Source: Clostridiaceae bacterium
GTDB lineage: Bacteria > Bacillota > Clostridia > Oscillospirales > Acutalibacteraceae
Reading direction: 5' to 3'
NCBI GenBank assembly: GCA_016282855.1
Contig: JAEELT010000106.1
Coordinates: forward strand, 4,703 to 68,702
Length of the DNA stretch: 64,000 nucleotides
The notes beneath the pieces are model-generated. The model had not been told where the DNA came from and searched no databases. It was given only the letters and a program-made list of their open reading frames with translations. Shown in pieces: positions 25,227 to 35,045 of the stretch; positions within the stretch are counted from its first letter, which is position 1; the number at the start of each line of letters is the position of its first letter. Both the position numbers and the translations under genes were made by a program.

Positions 25227-28199
25227 ATGAAAAAAGCCCTATCCTGTCTGTTTGTTTTGTGCCTGATTCTGGGTGCAGTAAGCGTGGGTATGCCTGCGTT
25301 TGCCGAAAAAGCCGCTCAGGCCGAAAAAACTATGGTAATAATCAGGACAGAAGAAGAAGGTTACCTTAAGTCCGGCGCTTCGGGCAGAACCCCGGAGGCC
25401 GTCAGGCAGAAAGCCGCCCGAACAAAAAATGTGATTCAGGAAATAAAAAAGAATGTATGTCCGCTTGAGGCGGAGTACAGCTACACGCATATATTCAACG
25501 GATTTGCCGCCGAAGTCAGAAAGGGCGACATTGAAAAAATCCGTAATACAAAGGGAGTCGCTGCCGTTTATGAAACAGGCGGCGTAAAACCAGTTTTTGA
25601 AAAAGCGCACATCGGCAGGGATATAACCTCCGGCCCGATGATAGGCCTTGAAAAAGCAAGGGAGATGGGCTATGACGGCACAGGCACGGCTGTGGCGATA
25701 ATTGACTCCGGTTTTGACATTAAAAGCGAAGTTATGCGCCTGACCGATGATAGCACAGCAAAAATCACAAAAGCAGAAGTGGCGGATGTGCTCGCAAACA
25801 ACAAGATGAATTGTGAGGGTTTCTCCGCCGATGAGCTTTACAGGAGCGCAAAGATTCCTTTTGCTTTCGACTATGACGGTAAGGACACGGATGTTAGAGA
25901 CGATATAATGGTGGAAGGAACCGATCACGGCACTCATGTAAGCGGAATTGCCGCGGGTAACAGCGAAAGCTTTGCAGGTGTTGCTCCCGAAGCGCAGCTG
26001 CTGCTTTTTAGGATTCACGCATATGAAGGTGAATATTTCTTTGCTACTATGCTTGCGGCAGTTGACGACGCCGCCAAGTTTGACATTGCGGCAATGAATC
26101 TGAGCGTCGGAGTTGATAATGAAAGCCCTTCAGACCCCGCTTACGATCTTCTCAAAGAAGTATTCCTGACCGCCCGCAACAGCGGTATTCTCGTATGCAC
26201 TGCCGCGGGCAATGCATTCCGATTAAATGAAAACACCATCGAAGTGCCTAATAACGGAGTTGACGGTATTCCCAACTCTTTTGAGGGCGCAACAAGCATA
26301 GCGTCAGTTGAAAATATTTTCCTGTCCGAAAAGACGGGACAGGAACCCGAAAGAGTGGTTTACGGCACGGATAAATCGGCTGAAGTGATTTCTTACAATG
26401 TTTTAGTCCGTATGCCCAAAGGACCGCATGCCCTTGTGCCTATGGGCAAAAAAGGCACAAGCGAGGATCTCAAAGACAAATTTGCTCTTATATACCTTGA
26501 GCAGGATGATTATACCGACGTTTTAGCTCAGATTGTTGACTCCGGAGCAGCGGGATTAATACTAGGTGAAAACGTGCTCGACGGATTTTATTACAACTAC
26601 GGCGACCAGGAGAAGCTGTTTGACAGACTTATAGATGATACAGGGATAATTCTTGTTTCCACTTTGGATGCCTACCGCCTTTATCATTCCGGGAGCAGAG
26701 AGGTACAAGTGGAGTATTCCGAAGGGTATTACATTGAGCCGTCAGACAGCTTACAGCCGAGCTATTATTCGAGCTGGGGAATCGCCGATGACGGAAGCAT
26801 GACCGTGGATATTGCGGCTCCCGGAGGCGTTATTTACTCATCCGTGACAGGCAATTCATACGAAATAATGAGCGGCACTTCCATGGCTTCGCCGCACATC
26901 TGCGGCACGGGAGCTCTCCTTGAGCAGCATTTTGCAAGCAAAGGATTAAACGTGCAGGGTAAAGAAAAGGCCGACCTTATGGAAAATATTCTGATGTCCA
27001 CGGCCGATCCCATACCTGACAAAGATGCTCAGGCTCCGGTACGCGTGGCGGGAGCGGGTCTTGTGAATCTTTCCAGGGCGCTGAGCACAAATGCGGTTCT
27101 TCTCGGCGGCAGTCAGAGCGCGCTTAACCTCGGCGACCGCCTGGGCAGAGAATTTGATATGACATTCACCGTAAAGAATTTCTCCGCGGAAACAGTCAGC
27201 TACGATACCGTTTCACTCGCCGTAAACTCGGACGAATACGAGACGGAGCGGGTGTTCAACAGCGATACGGGCGAATATGAAACAGAGTATTATACAACGG
27301 GTCACAGTGCGCCTCTCGGCTTTACACTGCAGTCGGATATAGTCACAGTCACTCTCGGCCCCGGTGAGGCACGCGAAATAACCGTTTCCGTGACTGTGGA
27401 CGGTGATGACTTTGGCAGATATGAAGAGGTATTCACAAACGGATTCTTCCTTGACGGCTATGTTTTTCTTACCGATTCAACGGGCGCAAGCACAGATCTT
27501 AATATGCCTTTTCTCGGTTTTTCCGGCGATTGGGATGAAGTGCCTGTAATAATATTAATGGAATATGAAGAACTGTTTTTCTCGGTCAAAGATTTCGTAG
27601 TTGTCAGAAACATAAGTGAAATACGCTGTGTGCTTACAGACGCTGACGGCAACAAGGCAGCGGAAAAGGAACTGGAGAATATAAAAGTATTAAGCTATTT
27701 GCATCCCGATAATCTTGTTGCGGAGTTTGAAGACCTGCCGGACGGCACATATAATGTGATTATTTACGCTGTTCCTTCGGCTTCACGCTCCGGCGAAGCG
27801 CAGGAATACCTGCTCGGTGAGGTGACAGTTGACAATACGCCGCCTGAAATAGTTGATTTCAGTGTGAACAGAAACAGCGACGGCAGCGGCACGATTACCG
27901 TAAAAATGAAAACCGCAGATACCGAGTATTTTCTTATAGAAGGCGCTTCGCTTAAAAACCGTGATTATATGGATATATATCCCGTTGACGGCTATGATTC
28001 GGTTGATGAGGACGGTAACTATGTGTATGTGCTCAAAGAGGAGGAGCTTTCCGGTAAAAGGTTTATAATCACAGCGTTTGACGCAGCCGGTTATTATGAC
28101 GAAGCAGGCACTGTGAGCCTGTTACTCAGAATATTCAGATATTTTGAAAGCGTCATTCTTGCGTATAAATTATTATGGCAATACTTATTAAGTGATTAA
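25227..28199 (+). CDS. Secreted S8 subtilisin-like serine protease (C5a peptidase/lactocepin-like; I9 propeptide, PA-like insert, Fn3-like domain)
   Basis: Signal peptide. YTHIFNGFA (I9). Catalytic IIDSG, HGTHVSGIAAG, AAGN and SGTSMASPH. Confidence 0.92.
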   Translation: MKKALSCLFVLCLILGAVSVGMPAFAEKAAQAEKTMVIIRTEEEGYLKSGASGRTPEAVRQKAARTKNVIQEIKKNVCPLEAEYSYTHIFNGFAAEVRKGDIEKIRNTKGVAAVYETGGVKPVFEKAHIGRDITSGPMIGLEKAREMGYDGTGTAVAIIDSGFDIKSEVMRLTDDSTAKITKAEVADVLANNKMNCEGFSADELYRSAKIPFAFDYDGKDTDVRDDIMVEGTDHGTHVSGIAAGNSESFAGVAPEAQLLLFRIHAYEGEYFFATMLAAVDDAAKFDIAAMNLSVGVDNESPSDPAYDLLKEVFLTARNSGILVCTAAGNAFRLNENTIEVPNNGVDGIPNSFEGATSIASVENIFLSEKTGQEPERVVYGTDKSAEVISYNVLVRMPKGPHALVPMGKKGTSEDLKDKFALIYLEQDDYTDVLAQIVDSGAAGLILGENVLDGFYYNYGDQEKLFDRLIDDTGIILVSTLDAYRLYHSGSREVQVEYSEGYYIEPSDSLQPSYYSSWGIADDGSMTVDIAAPGGVIYSSVTGNSYEIMSGTSMASPHICGTGALLEQHFASKGLNVQGKEKADLMENILMSTADPIPDKDAQAPVRVAGAGLVNLSRALSTNAVLLGGSQSALNLGDRLGREFDMTFTVKNFSAETVSYDTVSLAVNSDEYETERVFNSDTGEYETEYYTTGHSAPLGFTLQSDIVTVTLGPGEAREITVSVTVDGDDFGRYEEVFTNGFFLDGYVFLTDSTGASTDLNMPFLGFSGDWDEVPVIILMEYEELFFSVKDFVVVRNISEIRCVLTDADGNKAAEKELENIKVLSYLHPDNLVAEFEDLPDGTYNVIIYAVPSASRSGEAQEYLLGEVTVDNTPPEIVDFSVNRNSDGSGTITVKMKTADTEYFLIEGASLKNRDYMDIYPVDGYDSVDEDGNYVYVLKEEELSGKRFIITAFDAAGYYDEAGTVSLLLRIFRYFESVILAYKLLWQYLLSD

Positions 28200-28213
28200 T
28201 CCGGGATAAAAGA

Positions 28214-28248
28214 AAATGCCCGTGAGAGCACAGCTCTCACGGGCATTT
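28214..28248. terminator. Bidirectional terminator
   Basis: AAATGCCCGTGAGAGC-ACA-GCTCTCACGGGCATTT between convergent genes. Confidence 0.85.
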
Positions 28249-28259
28249 GAATTAACATA

Positions 28260-29147
28260 TTATCTGTTTGTATAAAACTCCGCAAGGTGTTCGGCAAGAG
28301 TGCGGCACACCCCTGAGAACATATATTCGCAGTAGCTGTCCTTTTCCGTGAGGTTCACCCTCACCCCCGCGGTGCTTTCAACAGAGGGAAAGACCTTCTG
28401 CCCGTCTCCGCTTACTCTGACCTCGTCGTTTTCGGACACGCCGGACGACTCAAGCAAGCGGTCCATTGACTCGCTGAGCTCCGAGGTTTCTGCCCTTGCC
28501 TCTCTTACAAAGTTAGTGTAGAGAAAGGCGCTGCTCTCCGACGGGAGCTTGTAGAGAAAGTTTTCGGCTTTTATCAGCTCCTGCTCCCAGAGCATTATCC
28601 GGGTGCGCTCCCCGCTGATTGTAAATGTACGGTTTTGCCCGGTATAGTCTTTGGTGTAAAGACGGTTCACCTCATTGAATACATCCATAAGGTCATAAAT
28701 ATCATCTTCAAGCTCTGTGTATTCGTCATAAAGCGAGCAGACGCTGTCCAGCTTGTCATACAGCGCGGAGATGTCGCGCGAAACCTCTTCGGAGAGAGAA
28801 TCCGGCTCTGATTTCAGCCTTGATGCCTCGTCGCGCCAGGACCTTACCTCGCCTATGTCAAAATCCGAAAGCAGAGTGCCGAAATCAGCGTTGATTTCCA
28901 GGCGCAGCTGCGCGTATCCGGCAAGAGTCTGAGCGCTTTCGCTGCCGTTGTTTTTCAGATATCCGAGAGCGGCGGAGTAATCGCTGCTTTCAATTTTTTT
29001 CTGAGCGAGCAGGAGAGTGATTGAATCTCTTGCGAGAAAAAGCGCGGCGGCAGCTGCCAGAACGGACAGCACCGAACAGACCGCAATAATAAGAGCTTTT
29101 TTGCGGCCGGGCGGAGTATCCTTTTTTACCTGAGTTTCGTTATTCAT
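28260..29147 (-). CDS. Hypothetical protein with N-terminal membrane anchor, helical
   Basis: Long ORF with one hydrophobic helix (ALIIAVCSVLSVLAAAAALFL); translationally coupled to the upstream gene. Confidence 0.75.
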   Translation of the reverse strand: MNNETQVKKDTPPGRKKALIIAVCSVLSVLAAAAALFLARDSITLLLAQKKIESSDYSAALGYLKNNGSESAQTLAGYAQLRLEINADFGTLLSDFDIGEVRSWRDEASRLKSEPDSLSEEVSRDISALYDKLDSVCSLYDEYTELEDDIYDLMDVFNEVNRLYTKDYTGQNRTFTISGERTRIMLWEQELIKAENFLYKLPSESSAFLYTNFVREARAETSELSESMDRLLESSGVSENDEVRVSGDGQKVFPSVESTAGVRVNLTEKDSYCEYMFSGVCRTLAEHLAEFYTNR

Positions 29148-30736
29148 TACAGCACTTTTCCTTTTAAGGGAGCGTCAATGATGAAGTCAAGGTTATCCAT
29201 AAATGAGGCGACCACGCCGTTGAACGCGTCCGGCAGAGCGTCGGCTACGGAGCCGGAAACGCCGTTTGCGAGCGCTTTGCTCGGCGGAGATGAGGTGGGA
29301 TAAACGGTAACCGATTTGCCTGAGAACACAAAGCGCAGCCTGCGCTCTGTGATTGACTCAAGAGGTCTTACCCATATCTCAAGCTCGTTTTCGGCATTCC
29401 AGGCGGCAGTGCTCACTGCGGTGTAATCCATACCGCCGAGGTGATATTTGCTAAAGCGCGGTTTGCCGTCCATGCCGCAGGAAATCATATTGTGATCTTT
29501 GCCCTCATCCCAGGCGATAACACACTCATCCTCACGGAAGTCAAACACTATGTTGTTTATGTTGCCGCTTTTTTCGCTCGACATAAACACCACCGGAAGG
29601 GCGAGCATTGAGGGCGGAAAACCGACAGCGTTCAGAACGGTATTCTTTTTAAGCTGAATTACCTTGCCTTTGAGCGCCTGCTCGGTAACGCTTCTCGGGC
29701 GCGCCTCGAGGCAGGGCAGCGGGTTAAGCTTTATTTCGGGAGCGTCTTCGGGGGCTTTCCTCTTGTTTCCCGTGAACATCTGAGGGAAGTGGCGGAAGAT
29801 GCAGTTTCTGGTTTTTTGCTCGTTTATCTCGCTGCAGGTGCACACCAGCAGAGCATCATAATCGTGGAAGAAAATCGCAAACTGAGAAAACATACCGTCC
29901 ATTCTCTCTGTATGCTCCATACGGTTCATCCAGAAATAATAGCCGTAGCCGCACACGGAGTCCGACTCAGGGTCGCCGTTGTCGCTGTTGTCCGCCTGCT
30001 TTGAAATCGCGTCTTCAATATAACCGGCGGGAATAATCTGTTTGCCGTCGTACATACCTTTGTTAAGCACGCAAAGCGCAACCTTTGAAAGATCGTAGGG
30101 AGAGATAAACATACCCCATCCGCCGGCTTCCTGACCGGAGGGGTCACGCTCCCAGGCGGGCGGAGTAATGCCGAGAGGCTCAAAGAGGCGGGGCGTAAGA
30201 TAATCCACCACGCCGAGCCCTGTCAGCTTCTTTATAATTGCGCCGCACATATAGGTGTTTTCGCTCACATACAGAAATTTTGTGCCGGGCTCGAATTCCC
30301 ATTTTTCGTTTATGAAGTCCTTCACCCAGTCCGCGCTGGATTTATCGCTGAGATAGTTCACTCTTTTGCCGGCCGTCATTGTAAGCAGGTGAAACACGGT
30401 CATTTTTTCGAGCCATTCATCTGTTTTTTCGGGCCTGAGCTCGGGGAAGAAATCAATTACCCTGTCATTGAGCTTAAAGAGCCCTTCCTCAACGGCAAAA
30501 CCCACCGCGATTGAAACAAAACTCTTGCTTACCGAAAACATCGTGTGGGGAATGTCCCTGCCGTAGGGTGAGGCGTGGCATTCAAACGCCAGCTTGCCGT
30601 GGCGGTAGAGCATAAGGGAATGCAGCTCTATTTCGCTCTCCCTGAAGTCATCGACAAGGGCGGCAATCTCTTTTGAATCCATACCGACCTGTTCGGGGAA
30701 TTTCGCTTCGGGAATTTCACATTTTTTCTTTGCCAT
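29147..30736 (-). CDS. Serine hydrolase, beta-lactamase class C/AmpC-like family
   Basis: FSVSKS (SxxK), HLLTMTAG, EPGTKFLY, LFEPLGI, YGYYFW. Confidence 0.88.
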   Translation of the reverse strand: MAKKKCEIPEAKFPEQVGMDSKEIAALVDDFRESEIELHSLMLYRHGKLAFECHASPYGRDIPHTMFSVSKSFVSIAVGFAVEEGLFKLNDRVIDFFPELRPEKTDEWLEKMTVFHLLTMTAGKRVNYLSDKSSADWVKDFINEKWEFEPGTKFLYVSENTYMCGAIIKKLTGLGVVDYLTPRLFEPLGITPPAWERDPSGQEAGGWGMFISPYDLSKVALCVLNKGMYDGKQIIPAGYIEDAISKQADNSDNGDPESDSVCGYGYYFWMNRMEHTERMDGMFSQFAIFFHDYDALLVCTCSEINEQKTRNCIFRHFPQMFTGNKRKAPEDAPEIKLNPLPCLEARPRSVTEQALKGKVIQLKKNTVLNAVGFPPSMLALPVVFMSSEKSGNINNIVFDFREDECVIAWDEGKDHNMISCGMDGKPRFSKYHLGGMDYTAVSTAAWNAENELEIWVRPLESITERRLRFVFSGKSVTVYPTSSPPSKALANGVSGSVADALPDAFNGVVASFMDNLDFIIDAPLKGKVL

Positions 30737-30795
30737 TTAAAATACCCCTTTCACAGTATATATCTGTAATCATTATATCACACTGAAAAATCAAT

Positions 30796-33700
30796 TCAAA
30801 TGTTTTGTTTCCTGAAAGAGCTCATTACCGTCAGGAAATTTTCAATAAGTGTCAGGCGGTCCTCGCCGTCGCTGTATCTGAGATAAAGGCAGGGCTTTCC
30901 GCCGCCCGCCGAAACGGTGAGGCGTCCGCTGAATTTCGCAGCGGTGTGCTGCACAACCTCCATATCAAAATCGGATATTTTGAAGCAGAGCCGCCTTCCC
31001 TCGGACGAAATCTCATAAATATCATTTTCGGCTGCCTTGCTCCTTATGAGAGAAATCCTGATAAGTCCGCGCACGCTTTCCGGCGGGTCGGAGAAACGGT
31101 CAATCAGCTCGTCAAGCACGTCGGAAACATCATCTGCGGTTTTGATATCGGCAATTCTGCGGTATATCTGCAGGCGCTGCGGCATGCTTGTTATATAGTC
31201 TTCGGGTATGTGAGCGTCTATGGGCAGGTCCACAAGGCATTCCTTTTCGGGAGCTTTTTCCTGCTCGCCCCGCTCTTCGTTTACCGCCTGCTCAAGCAGC
31301 TTTATATACATATCATAGCCTACGGCTTCCATCTGACCGTGCTGCCCGGTGCCGAGCACATTGCCGGCGCCCCGTATTTCAAGGTCGCGCATCGCTATAT
31401 GGAAGCCGGAGCCGAATTCCGTGAATTCCCTGATGGCTTCAAGCCGCTTCTCCGCGATTTCGCTGAGCTGTTTTCCTCTTGTGAAGGTGAAATAAGCGCT
31501 CGCGCGTCTTGCGGAGCGGCCGACTCTGCCGCGTATCTGATGCAGCTGGGCAAGACCCATTCTGTCCGCATTTTCTATGATGAGCGTGTTCACATTCGGC
31601 ACATCAACGCCGGTTTCGATAATAGTGGTGCAAACGAGTATATCGATTTCGCCCTCAAGCAGTCGCCTCCACACGTCGCTCAGCTCATCCTCGCTCATCT
31701 GCCCGTGTGCTATGGTAACCACGGCATCGGGGATGAGCTCTTTTATTTCGGCGGCTTTCCTGTCTATGGTTTCAACCTTGTTGTAGAGGTAGTAAACCTG
31801 ACCGCCTCTGCGAAGCTCCTGCTCCATCGCCTGCACAAGCACGCCCATATCGTATTCCATCACATAGGTCTGCACGGGCTGCCTGTCAAGAGGGGCCTCC
31901 TCTATAACGGACATATCCCTTATCTTGCTCATTGCCATATTGAGCGTGCGGGGAATGGGGGTGGCGGTGAGGGTGAGCACATCAACCGACGGGTAGAGCG
32001 TTTTGAGCTTTTCTTTCTGGTTAACTCCGAAGCGCTGCTCCTCGTCTATAATTATAAGGCCGAGGTCGCGGAATCTTATGTCGTTTGAAATAATGCGGTG
32101 GGTGCCTACCGCGATATCTATGCTGCCGCGCCTGATGCCCGTGATTGTCTGCTCAATTTCGCGCTTTGTGCAGAATCGGGAGAGCATACCCGTTTCAATG
32201 GGGAAGCCGTCAAAACGCTTGAGTATGGTCTGATAGTGCTGCAGGGCAAGAATGGTGGTGGGCACCATTATTGCGACCTGCTTGCCGTCCGCGACGGCTT
32301 TGAACACCGCTCTGAGAGCGACTTCCGTTTTGCCGAAGCCGACATCACCGCACAGAAGGCGGTCCATAGGGTACGGCCTTTCCATATCGGCTTTTATTTC
32401 TTTAATGCAGCGCAGCTGGTCATCCGTTTCGGGAAACTCGAATCTCCGCTCAAAATCAGACTGCATGTCAATATCGGGCGAGAAGGCGTGCCCGCGGATT
32501 TTAAGACGCTTTGAATACAGCTCTATGAGCTCCTTTGCCATAGTCTGCACCGAGGAGCGCACTTTTGATTTTGTGTGCTGCCAGTCGGAGCCGCCGAGCT
32601 TGTTGAGCTTGACAGCTCTGCCGCTGTCGGAGGAGCCTATATACTTGGACACCTGGTCAAGCTGTGTGACAGGCACATAGAGAATATCGCCCTTGTCATA
32701 TTTAATTTTTATGTAATCCTTTACCGTGCCGGAGGCCTCGAGACTGTTTATGCCCTCAAACACGCCGATGCCGTGGGCGGAATGCACCACATAATCGCCG
32801 CGGTGAAGCTCGCTCAGGCTGTTGAAGGCATTTTTGCTGCTTCTTCTGCCGGGCTGCTTCTGCCTTACCGCGGTGCGCGCTCTGTAGGTGAAAATAACAA
32901 ACGATGCCGAGGGGTACTCCATGCCGTAAGAGAGTGAGCCGGAGATAACGCTGACTCTGTTGACGGGGAATTTTTCAGGGAGATCCGAAAAATAAGTGTT
33001 CTCTATACCTTCGCTTTCAAGATCGCGCGAGAGAATTTCGGCGGTTTTTTCTGTGCCCGCCATTACAACGCAGGTGTAATCCTGCCTGGCGGTGCGCCCC
33101 TCTATATCCTCCCTGATAGCGGCAAGAGAGCCGTTCCACGGGGGAATCTGCTTGGCGCTGAAGGATATGAGCTCCTTGACTCCGGTATCAAAGCTGCCGC
33201 GGGGAAGATTGTCAAGGTAAACCGCGCCCATATCAACATAGTATCTGTACAGCTCGTGGTCCTCAAGCGTGAAGCGCTCAAGCCCTCTGCAGAGAGTGCC
33301 GTCCTTGAAAAGCGATTTTACTGTTTCGTGCTGAATTGTCGCGGCGCTGTTCCACTTATCCTTCACGGCAAAGCTCTCGCATACAAACAGCATATCATCT
33401 TTTGCGTAGTCAAAAATGCCGCCCGCGTCGGGGTAAATAAGCGGCATATATTTATCCGCGCAGCTTATGCGTATGCCGGAGCTGATTCTGTCTTTTTCTT
33501 CATTGAGCATTTTAAGCCCCTGACCCCTGATGTGCTTTTCGGCAATCAGCTTGTCAATCAGGGCGGTGAGAACATCCTCTGAGACGATGATTTCCTTTGC
33601 GGGGCTTATTCGCGCCTCGTCAAGCATCTCTGTACGCCTCTGCGTGTCAAGGTCGAATGAGAAAACGGAATCAACGCTGTCGCCCCAGAACTCCACCCTG

Positions 33701-34269
33701 CAGGGTTCCTTCGCATCCGGCGGGAAAAAGTCAAGTATTCCGCCTCTCACGGCAAACTGACCCGGGCCGTCAATCTGCGGAGCGCGGGTGTAACCGCTCT
33801 CTGTGAGCTTAAAAGCGACCTCATCCATATCATACTGCTCGCCGGCGCGTATGGTGAGGCTCTTGCTCATAAGTGTTTCGGGCGGCACGGTAAGCTGCAT
33901 CGCGGCTTCCGATGAGGCGGCAATCACATCGTAATTGCCGGTGAGCATTTTATCAAGCACGTGAAGGCGCCTGTGCTCATATTCTCTTGAAACGGTTTCG
34001 TCGGTGCGGTATGAGATGTCCCTCGCGGGGAAGACATAAGCGCGCATACCGAGCGACTCAAGGTCCGAAACAAGGCGCGAAGCCTGCGACTCATCCGGCA
34101 CGAGCACAAGGGCGCGCTTTTTGAAGCCCGTGCAGAGCGATGAAATCACATGGGCTTTGTGAATATAAGCAAGGCCCGTTACGCCCAGAGGCAGCCGGCG
34201 CTTATGAATCGCCGTCACAAGTGAGCGGAATTCGGGTATTGATTTGGCAATGTCCGTATAACAGTTCAT
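30796..34269 (-). CDS. mfd: Transcription-repair coupling factor
   Basis: GQFAVRGGILDFF, CarD/TRCF domain GDYVVHSAHGIG, GDVGFGKTEVA, DEEQRFGV, TATPIPRTL, QIRGRVGR, RDLEIRGAGN. Confidence 0.97.
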   Translation of the reverse strand: MNCYTDIAKSIPEFRSLVTAIHKRRLPLGVTGLAYIHKAHVISSLCTGFKKRALVLVPDESQASRLVSDLESLGMRAYVFPARDISYRTDETVSREYEHRRLHVLDKMLTGNYDVIAASSEAAMQLTVPPETLMSKSLTIRAGEQYDMDEVAFKLTESGYTRAPQIDGPGQFAVRGGILDFFPPDAKEPCRVEFWGDSVDSVFSFDLDTQRRTEMLDEARISPAKEIIVSEDVLTALIDKLIAEKHIRGQGLKMLNEEKDRISSGIRISCADKYMPLIYPDAGGIFDYAKDDMLFVCESFAVKDKWNSAATIQHETVKSLFKDGTLCRGLERFTLEDHELYRYYVDMGAVYLDNLPRGSFDTGVKELISFSAKQIPPWNGSLAAIREDIEGRTARQDYTCVVMAGTEKTAEILSRDLESEGIENTYFSDLPEKFPVNRVSVISGSLSYGMEYPSASFVIFTYRARTAVRQKQPGRRSSKNAFNSLSELHRGDYVVHSAHGIGVFEGINSLEASGTVKDYIKIKYDKGDILYVPVTQLDQVSKYIGSSDSGRAVKLNKLGGSDWQHTKSKVRSSVQTMAKELIELYSKRLKIRGHAFSPDIDMQSDFERRFEFPETDDQLRCIKEIKADMERPYPMDRLLCGDVGFGKTEVALRAVFKAVADGKQVAIMVPTTILALQHYQTILKRFDGFPIETGMLSRFCTKREIEQTITGIRRGSIDIAVGTHRIISNDIRFRDLGLIIIDEEQRFGVNQKEKLKTLYPSVDVLTLTATPIPRTLNMAMSKIRDMSVIEEAPLDRQPVQTYVMEYDMGVLVQAMEQELRRGGQVYYLYNKVETIDRKAAEIKELIPDAVVTIAHGQMSEDELSDVWRRLLEGEIDILVCTTIIETGVDVPNVNTLIIENADRMGLAQLHQIRGRVGRSARRASAYFTFTRGKQLSEIAEKRLEAIREFTEFGSGFHIAMRDLEIRGAGNVLGTGQHGQMEAVGYDMYIKLLEQAVNEERGEQEKAPEKECLVDLPIDAHIPEDYITSMPQRLQIYRRIADIKTADDVSDVLDELIDRFSDPPESVRGLIRISLIRSKAAENDIYEISSEGRRLCFKISDFDMEVVQHTAAKFSGRLTVSAGGGKPCLYLRYSDGEDRLTLIENFLTVMSSFRKQNI

Positions 34270-34871
34270 ATTTTTACTCCGTAGGCGGATAAATCCTTTA
34301 TGAGAGTGTCAATGTTTCCGTCGTGCCTTATGGCTTTCATTCCGCATTCTTCGGCGGCCTGCGCGTTTGCCTGCACATCATCAATGAAAACGCATTCTTC
34401 TCTTTTCAGCCCGAATTTTTCAAAGAGCTTTTCGTAGATTTCCTTTTCGGGTTTGAGCAGAAGGTAATCTGCGGATATCAGATAGCCGTCAAAGAGCTCA
34501 AGCGCGGGTATATTCACCTTGTTGTCATAGAAATCGGCCGAGGCATTGCTCAGCAGGAAAATCATATAGCCGTTTCTGCGAAGGTTAAGTATGAGTTTAT
34601 ACATCTCCTCAAAAGGCGGCATATAAGGATAAAGGTTGTAGGTCATATCCTTAACCTTTTCAAAAGCGTGCGCGGGGATTTTGTCCCCGGCGGCTTCCAT
34701 TATGTCATCGGGAGTTATTGTACCCCTGTCTTTTTCTGCCCAGAGCTTGTTTCTGAATATTTCTCTCAGGGCAATATCCGCAGTCTCTTTGTCAAAAAGC
34801 GAGCATAGCGTTTTCTCCGGATTATAGTCAATGAGCACTCCGCCCATATCAAAGACAATGTTTTTAATCAT
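34266..34871 (-). CDS. HAD-family phosphatase
   Basis: VFDMGGVL, LLSN, KPEKEIY, FIDD. Confidence 0.9.
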   Translation of the reverse strand: MIKNIVFDMGGVLIDYNPEKTLCSLFDKETADIALREIFRNKLWAEKDRGTITPDDIMEAAGDKIPAHAFEKVKDMTYNLYPYMPPFEEMYKLILNLRRNGYMIFLLSNASADFYDNKVNIPALELFDGYLISADYLLLKPEKEIYEKLFEKFGLKREECVFIDDVQANAQAAEECGMKAIRHDGNIDTLIKDLSAYGVKI

Positions 34872-35045
34872 CGTTTCACCTTATTTCATATAAACGCCTT
34901 TACGCCCTCTCCGCGTGCCGGAGGGGGCTTTTCCACATAATAATACACTTTTGCCCGTGATTCGTCAATCCTTAATATTATTATTGAAAATATAAAAACG
35001 CTGTGCTAAAATCAACATATAATCTTTTCGGAACGGAGGAGCAGT

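Noticed and set aside
22330-28260. Intact integrative element at tRNA-Leu
   Set aside because: No integrase and no duplicated tRNA 3' end (attR) found by eye.
29147-30736. Beta-lactam resistance gene
   Set aside because: The SxxK fold family includes many esterases and peptidases; there is no signal peptide and no evidence for lactamase activity.
30805-32088. 427-aa plus-strand ORF
   Set aside because: Antisense shadow of mfd caused by codon bias.
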